DNA from: a virus
Taxonomy: Duplodnaviria; Caudoviricetes
DNA length: 63,894 bases
Strand: one strand, 5' to 3'
Virus record (IMG/VR): IMGVR_UViG_3300037247_001086
Span: 1-63,894 of that record
A program made the position numbers and the translations under genes. This document shows, piece after piece, positions 38,523-48,369 of this stretch. Under the pieces are notes generated by a model that made no database searches, was not told the DNA's origin, and worked only from the letters and a program-made list of their open reading frames with translations. Within the stretch, counting starts at the first letter, position 1. The number at the start of each line of letters is the position of its first letter.

Positions 38523-40295
38523 GAGGGTAGTGTAACATAAGCCTATGATATACAAAATTCACGAGCATGGCTGCGTTTTTATTTTGAACGGCGACCGGCT
38601 ACTAGAGTGGGTTGTGGCTGCATGTTGGGGATTGATCGATTGGAATGAGCATTTAGGGTATTAAGGCAGGCAGATTGGATCGGGTTCTAGGAGGTAGTAG
38701 TTATGATGAAAATGACTATCAGGAAAGGCGGTTTTTCGAACCCAATATATGAAGAGATCATCGGACACGAAAATCATTTTTTGCTTCGTGTGGCCGATGA
38801 CGGTCATATCTTGAGGCGAAGTTGGCATCCTGGATATCCTCCTATCTTGCCACCTTACTCGATTGAAGTCATTGAGGTTCCGGTCGCCAGCGATTCCAAA
38901 GACACGGCGGCTAACGAGGTGACTGGCCCCGAGAAATCTAGCGGCAATTTAGATTGGAGCGAAGAAAGGTCGTTTGACGATCCAGTTTGTGAGCATGAGG
39001 GCTGTCACCATAGGACGGCAAAGAGACCGACATCGTGCTTCCAAAGGCGTCCTCTACCATGTAGGCTGGGCATCCACGGTCATTACAAGAAGCAGAGGGA
39101 GACAGGTGGCTGGGGCGGCTACATGACCACTTGCCTTGTTTGCGAATACAAATGGAGGAAGGATTGATGTGTTCAGGCTAGAGGCTGTCACAGATTGGTG
39201 TTCAGTTGGAGGGTGTCTCGACTCTACTCCGACGAACGTCTTGATGATAGGACCGTATCGAGTCTGTGCGGATTGCGCTCATCAAACATTGTGGCCAGAT
39301 GGCTGCGGCGAAAATGAGCTAGACAGGCGCGAAGTTGAGAAGATAAAGGATCTGCTCTTGGAGGAGATAGAGCAGCTTAAAAATCAGGTGAAGGCGCTAC
39401 AGGCAGCGACAGGATTTGAGGGAGACGAATGATACGAAGATGGCGATGGAGTTTCCATTGGTGGCTCCGTGAGCATAGCCCGGAAGTGGTGTTGATGCGG
39501 TTTTTGAATCGGCGTTGGTGGCGAAATTACACGTTTGCAGGCGGTGTACAGAGATGCCAATGTCGTAATTGTGAATTGCATAAGGGGTGGTGTCCATTCC
39601 CTGAGAACGGAGAACGGTATAGAGGGCCAAATATGTCTATTGCAAGCTGGTGTACAGCTTGTGCATCCACTAGAGGAAGCCCTGGTGTTCCACAGGAATT
39701 GTCTAGGCCAGGATATGGAGCAAAAACTCAATGGGAGCGGCAGCAAGCGCAGTATGGTGAGTGTGGCGTGTGGCCAAGAGGATATTAGGAGGCGTGATGG
39801 ACGGATTCAAGAATGCACTTTGTCTAGCACCGATTCCCGATGCCGCTGGTTGGAGTTACCCGCCGTATGCCTTGTGTTGCAGGCGCAGAAAGGGCCACCC
39901 CGATAGGTGCCGAGTCGTGTTTCGGGACGGCGGTATACGGGAATGGAATTACGGGGATGTTGAGACTGAGTTGACGAAAAAGCCCGACAGGGAGGAATGA
40001 TGAGTAGCCAGAAGTGGCCATGCGCTAATTGTGGTGCGAGTCAAGAATTCGGCCTGGATGGGTGTGATAAGCACACTCCTATGAGCTTTCATCTGGATCG
40101 GTATTGTGGGTCTGATCGAGTTGAGATAGCCATTGAATGTTCTTGCTCTTCCCCGATGTATCGTAGTAACAGGGACGGCAGATTCCGCTGTACTAATTGT
40201 CGCAAGTCAGTCGCGGTGGACTACATTCGCAAGCTCGTGGACACGTGGAAAGAGAAGCTAGCGATTTTTGCACAAGAGTTGGAGTGGAATGATGG

Positions 40296-40541
40296 ATGAT
40301 TGACTTTGTCATGTCGGCGGCAAATTTCGTTCTTCTACTTTCCCTGGCTCCTCAGGCGGTACATCAGCATCGGATCAGGGAGTGTACGGTTCCTCTAAGC
40401 ACTTCTGTTCCGGCAGCTGGAGCCGTAGCGGTTCTTACGGCTTCGTTCTTCTATTTGGGGCTGTGGCTGACAGGAGGGCTTGCAGGGGTGACGGTGGCTA
40501 TGTGGGTTGTGATTTCTGTTCAGCGGGTGGCGTATGATTGA
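40296..40541 (+). CDS. PQ-loop/SemiSWEET-like three-TM protein
   Basis: LAPQ motif followed by hydrophobic helices. Confidence 0.6.
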   Translation: MIDFVMSAANFVLLLSLAPQAVHQHRIRECTVPLSTSVPAAGAVAVLTASFFYLGLWLTGGLAGVTVAMWVVISVQRVAYD

Positions 40542-41016
40542 CCTTCCCATTGTAGACCGACCAACATTTGACGGGATAGAATGCAACCGTTGCGGGGCGT
40601 GTTGTGAAAAGTTTAGCTTATCCACTCCGGATTGGAGTGAAGGGCGGCTGTGGTGGAACTACCGAGGGCCGTTAGGTTGGTTGGAGTTATGGGCGTATCG
40701 AGAGGTGCGTGGGCAGACAATAGAGAGTGCTCATGGAGGGCCAGGAGGCACCAATTTCGCTGCGATGTTGTTCTTTGGGCAGCTTACAGCAACGTGGACT
40801 GAGGAGACTGAGGAGGAGCATGGTGGCTGGTTCTATTCATGTGGCCATTTCCGTCGGGATGAAGAGAGGCTGGGTGTCTGTGGCATCCATGAGACGCGGC
40901 CCAAGATGTGCAGCGAGTTCCCTTATGACAAGCCCATCACAGAGTGGGATGACTGCTCATGGAACATTGAGTTAGTGGACTTTGACGTCGTCCAAGGAGT
41001 CCTTCTTTGGAATTGA
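40534..41016 (+). CDS. YkgJ-family Cys cluster protein
   Basis: CNRCGACC ... CGIHETRPKMCSEFP. Confidence 0.85.
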   Translation: MIDLPIVDRPTFDGIECNRCGACCEKFSLSTPDWSEGRLWWNYRGPLGWLELWAYREVRGQTIESAHGGPGGTNFAAMLFFGQLTATWTEETEEEHGGWFYSCGHFRRDEERLGVCGIHETRPKMCSEFPYDKPITEWDDCSWNIELVDFDVVQGVLLWN

Positions 41017-41371
41017 CCAAACGGATATGCAGCGAGGGTCATGTGACGTACAGCATGACGCTAAGGTCTTGCTGCCAACATGCAACCGAGGTGGATAGGA
41101 CGTCTCAGCGCGTCCTAGAGCGTTGCCTAGCGGAGTTCGTAAGCAGCGTGGAGCTTTCCTGACGGAAGGAGGGGATGATGAATGAGCACCAGCTGACAGT
41201 TCGTGAACTAATCGATCTCCTAGGTCGTTATCGTCCGGATACTAAGGTGGATATTGAGGGCTGTGATTGTACGGGAAATGCGTTCGGTGTTGAAGGATGG
41301 AATGAAAAAGACACAGAACCTCAACCCCCTGAAAACGCTACCATCGTTTTGATTAAGCGTGAGGTGCCAGA

Positions 41372-41743
41372 ATGGCAAAGGTGATGGAACCTAAACTGGC
41401 CCTATTCTGCGGTTCTCGTGACTGGAGAGACGAGGCCGCGATCCGCCAAGTGATAGACGCGCTGCCTAAGGATTCAATCGTCGTACATGGTGCAGCTAGG
41501 GGTGCTGACACGATTGCTGGGCGGCTGGCTAGGCAGCGTGGCCTTGTGGTGCGCTCATATCCCGCTCAGTGGGGCAGGTGGGGCCGCAAGGCGGGTGTCC
41601 TGCGAAACCAACAGATGCTCGATGCTGAGAGGCCGGATATTGTTTACGCCTTCCAGCTGAACAATAGCAAGGGCACGGGTGACATGATTCGACGGGCGCG
41701 GAAGGCACTGATTGCCGTTGTGGTGCTAAGCAAGGAGGCGTGA
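41372..41743 (+). CDS. SLOG-family protein (DUF2493/YspA-like)
   Basis: CGSRDW, VHGAARGAD, AGVLRNQQM, KGTGDM. Confidence 0.85.
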   Translation: MAKVMEPKLALFCGSRDWRDEAAIRQVIDALPKDSIVVHGAARGADTIAGRLARQRGLVVRSYPAQWGRWGRKAGVLRNQQMLDAERPDIVYAFQLNNSKGTGDMIRRARKALIAVVVLSKEA

Positions 41744-42765
41744 TAGCAGAGGAGCTGGGAATATCCACAAAGACGGTTGGAGCTCATCTTGAGAATGCAA
41801 GAGCGGCGCTTAAAGCAAGGACAACAGCTCACCTTGTCGCTCTCTATATAAAGACTCTTGATGGAGGTGAATGATGGATAAGGTAGAAGCAGCATACAAG
41901 AAGGTGATGGCGTTGGCGCGGGCGGGTCATCACACATCAGAGTTCGACGTGGCGGTAAGTGAGCTCATGATAGCAGTGATGGAAATGACAGCAATGAAGA
42001 TAGGAGGATCACATGGGGAGTTATCGGCTCAACTACATCGGGCAGAGGCGGAAGCTCACCAATTGAGATCCTCCTTAAGACAGCTTCAGCATAGCTTAGC
42101 AACCCCTCAAACGGATTTGCGCTTGTCTTAAAGACCTCTTAACTCCCCTAAGACAGAATAGCCTTGAATACAGAAGGTTCACGCTGGCGAACAGGGCGGC
42201 GGGGCGCGAGCTGTATGTCGGCAAAGCTGAGGGAATAGAGCTAAGGCGATATTCTCTATTGTAGAGCCACATTCCCTCACCTCTTATAAACTCCCAGCTG
42301 GCACCCCCAGCAGCGAGCTCCTCTTTTGACCAAATCCTTAACTAACGTATTCCCTCAGGGGAGCCGAATCCTTAACTAAGGAATTAGAAGGGGGGGTTGA
42401 ACTACCAGGGGGCACGTCGACGCCGGATTGTGGGGGCCGCTCAGGAGGAAGCCCCTCGTACATTCGTAGCTGAAATCGAAAATGAAGTTTTGATTGTTCG
42501 GTGAACAGTTCCATACCTCTTCATATGGCTATTAGCTTCGAACACGAAAAAATTTTTTCTAAAACTGCGGAGCTTAAAGTTGCTAAGAGGCGCTGAGGGC
42601 TGTAGATTTTAGGGGGCGTCGAGCTAAGCGGCGTTTAGCAAAAAGTCTATTCGTATGGAAATAAAAAGTGGGTACGTTATGCTTCCGTTCCCTTACATAT
42701 GCTAACGTTTCCAACGGAGTAGCGTACGGCGGGCCGGTATTGCCACTTCGATGTAATCTGTGTCT

Positions 42766-43164
42766 CTATGATTTAAGACTCCCGTCTGGCAGGACTATAA
42801 ATACTGGCTTGCCTTGTTTCAAGGCGTATCGTATGGTGGCCCATGTTCCGCTCCGTTGTACTTCAGGCCCACGAGGAGCCGCAACAAGAGCATCTGTTTC
42901 GTCAACAATGACGTGGTTACGGTCCAAATAGGGAAGCGGTTCTCGTGTTTCTGAAGCGGCCTCACAAAAGGCCCGCGCTTTGGGGTTGGTTGGCGGGTGG
43001 ATCACCACGAGTATTTTGAAACCGTTGGCTATTTCGTGGACTTCAGCATCAGCCCCAATACAATCGCCATGGTGGAGTTCTTCTTCCCCTAACAAAAGGT
43101 TCCGAACTATAGCCTTTTGCTTAGAGGTCATACCTTGGCTGGTTCCGGTAAATCCGATTTTCAT
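42766..43164 (-). CDS. SLOG/DprA-like nucleotide-binding protein
   Basis: IGFTGT, HHGDCIGAD, RNHVIVD, RSGTWATIRYA..KP. Confidence 0.8.
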   Translation of the reverse strand: MKIGFTGTSQGMTSKQKAIVRNLLLGEEELHHGDCIGADAEVHEIANGFKILVVIHPPTNPKARAFCEAASETREPLPYLDRNHVIVDETDALVAAPRGPEVQRSGTWATIRYALKQGKPVFIVLPDGSLKS

Positions 43165-43186
43165 TTGATTCCCTTCCCTGTTCCCT

Positions 43187-43226
43187 CTTACAATGTAAGT
43201 ATACATCATCCTAACAAGGAAAACAA
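43187..43226 (-). promoter_or_regulatory. Sigma70-type promoter with palindromic operator (copy 2)
   Basis: TTGTTT-17-TATACT and CTTACAATGTAAG; near copy of 8873-8913. Confidence 0.75.
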
Positions 43227-43276
43227 GGGGGGTTTTAGGGTGTCTCAGAAAATACTTTTTATTTTGTCTGTTAGGC

Positions 43277-43305
43277 TTTACTTTACGGGCTGGATGTTGT
43301 AAGGT
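43277..43305 (+). promoter_or_regulatory. Divergent plus-strand promoter
   Basis: TTTACT-17-TAAGGT. Confidence 0.45.
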
Positions 43306-43310
43306 AGTAA

Positions 43311-43462
43311 GCGGTTGGCTCCGCTGGGAGTGGAATGGATTCCTTCCGAGGCTCAAGGGCCAGCCGATGCGGGACCGAGGGCGGTATCCTTCGAAGCTTC
43401 CGGCGGTTGGCTGGAAGCATCCGGCTTGTGGCCACTTGCTGGATATACCGCTCTCGGCCCGT
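43311..43462 (+). ncRNA. Candidate structured RNA (multi-stem junction)
   Basis: Nested inverted repeats in an intergenic region directly after a promoter. Confidence 0.5.
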
Positions 43463-45549
43463 AGCCTGATAGGAAAGGGGTATAAGGGATGATAGATCCG
43501 GAGACGGTCGGTAAGCTGAAGACGTTCTTCATCACATTTGCAAAATGTATGACAGAAGAAGATTTAAGCATTCCAGTACCAGTTGACGAACGTATCGGTT
43601 TCCTTCTGTATCACGGATTTGCAATGGGTCTTCAGCTTGCACAACAGCACCCTGAATATGCGATGGCTTTAAAACGATTGGGGTTTTCTGATGAGGCTAA
43701 CCTAAAAAGTATTGAAGCAATGCCAAGGTTAATTCCACTTGAAATGGCGGCAGACAATGACACTTCGTGAGAGCATTGGTGTGATGATGTTCATCATTGA
43801 GGGCTCTATGATTTCTATTGGTGAGCCGATCGTTGAGCGAGCTAAAAAGAACCGTCGCATGTGGGTAATCCTTCGATTCATGGCAGGATTAGAGGAGGGT
43901 TAGGATGCAGCTGCTATGCTGATCGCGGGTGGACGTGCTTTGAGTAAGGAGGACGCTATGAAGTTTGAGTGTGACTGGTGCGCGATCACGTACCCAGTTG
44001 AGGTAACGCAATGCTGTGCCTCTTGCGAAAATGAGATGTGTGAGACGTGCCTAGAAACTCATGAGTGTATTCCAGTTGAAGAGGCCAGCCGTGGCTGAGC
44101 GCGAGGGAGGCGTGCCTGTGACTACATATCGCTGCCCGTGCTGTGGTGATGGCGTCAAGACGATTCTGGGATGGACCAAAGGTATGCGAGGGCGAGAAAG
44201 GCGCTGTGCCTATTGCCTTCGGCCTGTCCAGAAACTTGCGCCCCCGGAAGGGACTGAGTGAGTGCCGTGGTGGCGTGCCCTACATGCGGAAAGGAACACC
44301 CTAGAGCGATAGGCGCAATTTGTGGTGGCACCAATACCCGCTACTGCGCACGGGTGCGTTACGAGGGTCACCGCAACTATGAACCGCTGGGCAAGAGGTG
44401 GCTGCGATCATCGGGCGCGGCCCTCAAGCTACTGGCTGCTGCGATGGCGACGGGGCGGTACAAGCGAGGAGATGTGCTGATGGCGGCGGACTACTACGAC
44501 CCCGAAGTCATCTACGAGATTGTCAGGAGGTGAGCGCCGTGGATAAACTCCCAGGATGGTCGCACGTTGGAGGTAGCACTATGCCGGCTGAGACGCAGAG
44601 CCCGATAGAAGTGCTGAGGCGGCCTATTGAGTACCGCTGCCTGATGCTGCATGGCAAACAGCGATGCTCTGGTAGGGACTGCGCCGACGCCCGCAAGGCC
44701 CTTGAGCGCATGGAGGCTGTGGTGCGAGTGCTGGGCTATCTCGACGCCTACCTCGACTTCGGAACCCCCGTGGAAGGCACCTTCACCATCAAGAACCCAG
44801 CGCAGCTAAATGCCGTATTCAAAGAAGCCCGCGCCGCCCTCGCGCCCTTTGGCAAGGAGAGGTCATGAGCAGACAGGCTACATCTTACCGGCTTGACCCC
44901 GACAGGTTGAGGCAGGCCTTTGAGGAATATCGGGAGGCGGTGCTTAGGGACGACGCGCTGGGCATGATGAACGACGGTGCTACCGAGCTGAGCGAGGCCA
45001 GCTTTGCCGAGGACTGGGACAGCGCGGAGGATCGGGTCTACGACCCTACGACCGGGGAGGAGCGGGAGCGGTGGTATGAGTCTATCGCTACAGAAGGAAT
45101 ACTGGAAACCTGGAACCGCGAGGGACACTGGATAGGCCGAGACGTGCTGCGCCTCATCACCCAGGTAGAGGCGCTGGAGGCCGAGAACGAGCGGCTGCAC
45201 TATGAGTTGACTGGCGTAAACAGGATTGCTGCCAAGATGAAGGAAGAGGCTGATATTGCCCAGCAGCGTCGGAGGACGGAGGACATCACATGACTGACCC
45301 CCGCCTACGCGAAGCCCTGGCGCGGGCTGCGGAGATGGTGGCTGAGGCCAAAGACCTTAGCATGGAGGATGAGCTTGGCCCAACCTCGCTCGCTGGCTGG
45401 GCGGAGGCGGTGAAGGCGCTGGAGCTTTCTGTATATCGCCTTGAATGGTATCGAGAGAAGGAAGGAATCACTGGAATAGATGCCATTGAGCTAGCCAACG
45501 AGGCCATCCGCCGGTTCTGCAACGCCATGCTGGGAGAGGAGAAGAAATA

Positions 45550-45831
45550 GTGAGAACGATCTATAAGTATCCGTTATTGTTGATTCAGGCTGCGACCGGT
45601 CAGTCGATTGTCATGCCTCGAGGGGCTGAGATTCGATTAGTGGGAGTCGATCCAAGAGGTGTGTCGTGTATCTGGGCAGAGATAGATCCAGCCCCTGAAA
45701 TCGTCAAAGAGCAACGAACGTTCTGGCTCTATGGAACAGGTCACGCCATTGGATTCGATGGACAAGGTCTCAAATACGTTGGCTCTTGGGTTCAAGAAGA
45801 ATTTGTCTGGCACTTATATGAGGAGTCATGA
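45550..45831 (+). CDS. Conserved phage protein
   Basis: TIYKYPL..MP.GA..GTGH..VWHLYE family. Confidence 0.7.
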   Translation: MRTIYKYPLLLIQAATGQSIVMPRGAEIRLVGVDPRGVSCIWAEIDPAPEIVKEQRTFWLYGTGHAIGFDGQGLKYVGSWVQEEFVWHLYEES

Positions 45832-46348
45832 TGACCCTTGATATGTCGAAATTTGATCCAAAGCTTTGTCCGTACTGTGGTGAGCTGAAGCATCCTTATA
45901 CTGAGACGGAGACGCAACGCCATGGGTTGATTTTCAGCAAACAAGCAAAAACTCCGGTGGGGGTGTATCATCTTCACTTCATTTTCATGAGGGGTAAATG
46001 GCAGTGGGGAGTTCGTTCTGGAGAACGGAAGACGATTCTTTGTGATACATCACGCTGTCGTGTAGTGAAGATTCAGATGCATGTTGCAGTTACGCCCGAT
46101 TGAAAATATGAAACATCAACATCTTCATTTCTTGAAAGGTCGGTGGGGCTGGTGGGAAGTGCGAGGGATAAGAGGAAACTTGTGCGGAACATATCGCTGT
46201 CGGAGGGCAATGAATTGGACGGGAAGCTATCATCAAGGCGGGCGTTCATTGTTCAATTCTTGGGTGCGTGTACGGCGAGCACGGCAAATCTTTCTTGAGA
46301 AGCTGGCGCGGATATTCATTGTTCCTATCCTAGAACGTTTGGAGAAAC

Positions 46349-46377
46349 TTGTAAACCGTTCTTCTTAAAGGTATAGT
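46349..46377 (+). promoter_or_regulatory. Sigma70-type promoter upstream of the packaging module
   Basis: TTGTAA-17-TATAGT. Confidence 0.65.
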
Positions 46378-46490
46378 GTAAACAAGTAGAGAAAGGGGAT
46401 TGGAATGCGTCATAGAAAGAAAGGCGAAGGTAAGAAACGAGGTGGCCGCTACGGGCCGTAGCAACGCCACTGTCCTCACAAGGAGGTCTG

Positions 46491-46525
46491 GAAGGAGGGT
46501 CACCCGTGACGGCCCTCCTTCTTTT
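46491..46525 (+). terminator. Intrinsic terminator in the packaging-module leader
   Basis: GAAGGAGGGT...GCCCTCCTTC followed by TTTT. Confidence 0.55.
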
Positions 46526-46737
46526 CAAATGTCTTTGAGAGATCAGGCCAAGGATATCGTTCAACGCGCACGTCAAACCGAAGCGCATGTAGTATGCTGT
46601 ACTTCAGCGACGCTATCGGTGGCTGTGGTGGCTACGCTGTATGCTTGGATGGAATTTGAATATCATCTATGTGTGCGGCTGGGTAGCGATCATCCCGAGT
46701 GCCACGATCTTCGAAGTCGAACTGTGGAGGTTTAAGG

Positions 46738-48336
46738 ATGCCGATCGTTGTACCGCGCGAGATGGCTGATTCCATCGAAGAAGAAACATTGCGGAAGATG
46801 GAGTTGCGCCATCTAGTTCGGAACAAGAAGGCATTGGATGTGGTCACTTGGGGAGAGAGCCAGTTCTATCTTCCTCAAACTGGTAAGCCTATCATCTTTG
46901 AACCCTTCCAGAAAGTAGTACTTCTTCTCTCTTTCACGCGGGGGGAGGACGGTCATTTTCCGTTCAGCCTTGTGGTCTACAGTACAGTCAAGAAGTCCGG
47001 GAAAACGACGCTGGCGGCGGTTGTAGGCCGTTGGTTCGCCGAAGAACAGACACACTTCGGCGAGGTCTATACAATGGGGAATGATATGCGTCAGTCCCGC
47101 GAGCGTAGTTTCGAGGCCATTAAGCAATCCATCCAAGCGACACCAGGATACCGGCACAAGGGCGCTGAAGGAGTCCTTCCCGACCGTTGGCTGGCCCAGA
47201 CATACCGGCTAGATTGTCTCACCAGCGGCACGAAGATTGAGGCGGTTAGTGTTGACGCGGCGGGCGAGGCCGGTAGTAATCAGGACCTCACGATTTGGAC
47301 GGAGCTTTGGGGGTTTGAGAGTCGAGAGGCCATCAAGTTCTTTAACGAGATGACTCCCGTGCCGACTAAGGATAGTGTCCGGTTGGTGGAGACGTATGCT
47401 GGATTCGATGGCGAGAGCGATTTGCTTCGTGGCATCTATGATGATGGGATGGAGCATGGTCGTCAGATGACAGCAGGCGAGGCGGCTGAACGTACAGGGA
47501 TTCCGCTTGGGGCATTTGAGGAATCTTCCAACGCTGATGATTTGATCCCGATTTGGATCAATGAGGAGCGCGGGTTGTTCATGTATTGGGACAGCGGCCC
47601 GCAGGCTCGTCGGATGCCCTGGCAAAAAGGTGAACGTGGGGCGAAGTATTATCGGGAACAGGAAAGTACATTGCCTCCTCCACAGAATACTCGGCTTCAT
47701 AGCAATTTGTGGGTTGGCGGCGAGGGCGAGTTTATCCCAATGACTTCCTGGGACAATTGCTATGATCCAGATTTGGAACCTCTGAAGGGTCATGACGAAA
47801 ATGGTCAGGGGGGAGATCGGATTCCTGCGGTGTTGTCTGTTGACGCGGCGACAACGGCTGATTGTTTTGGCGCTGTGTTGCTCACCCGGAATCCGAAAGA
47901 TTCTCGAATGCCAGCAATCAGACACGCTCGCAAATGGGATCCTCCAAAAGGCGGACGTATCGATTACGATGAACCAGAGGCCTGGATTTTAGAATGCGCT
48001 GAGAAATATAATATTTTGGAGATTTGTTATGATCCCTTTCAGTTGGAGCAGATGATGAGGCGGTTGTATAAATTGGGGATCAATACGAAGCCGTTCGACC
48101 AGGGAACGGCGCGGCTCATTGCCGATAGTAATTTCTATCGAACGATTATCCGGTTAGGATTGGTTCACCGGAACAATCTCGATTTGCGTGAGCATGTACG
48201 GAATAGTGGCAGCCGCATCATGAGCAAAGACGAGGATAGCAAGATGCGGATTGTTAAGCGAGTGGAGCATCGAAAGATCGATCTGTGTGTGGCGGCGAGT
48301 ATGGGGGTCAATAGGATTTTATATTATAACCTCTAG
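46738..48336 (+). CDS. terL: Terminase large subunit
   Basis: FEPFQK, KKSGKT Walker A, IWTELW, SVDAA, YDPFQ, KIDLCVA. Confidence 0.9.
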   Translation: MPIVVPREMADSIEEETLRKMELRHLVRNKKALDVVTWGESQFYLPQTGKPIIFEPFQKVVLLLSFTRGEDGHFPFSLVVYSTVKKSGKTTLAAVVGRWFAEEQTHFGEVYTMGNDMRQSRERSFEAIKQSIQATPGYRHKGAEGVLPDRWLAQTYRLDCLTSGTKIEAVSVDAAGEAGSNQDLTIWTELWGFESREAIKFFNEMTPVPTKDSVRLVETYAGFDGESDLLRGIYDDGMEHGRQMTAGEAAERTGIPLGAFEESSNADDLIPIWINEERGLFMYWDSGPQARRMPWQKGERGAKYYREQESTLPPPQNTRLHSNLWVGGEGEFIPMTSWDNCYDPDLEPLKGHDENGQGGDRIPAVLSVDAATTADCFGAVLLTRNPKDSRMPAIRHARKWDPPKGGRIDYDEPEAWILECAEKYNILEICYDPFQLEQMMRRLYKLGINTKPFDQGTARLIADSNFYRTIIRLGLVHRNNLDLREHVRNSGSRIMSKDEDSKMRIVKRVEHRKIDLCVAASMGVNRILYYNL

Positions 48337-48369
48337 CGCGTGTTATAGTTGGGGAAGGGAGGGTAGGTC

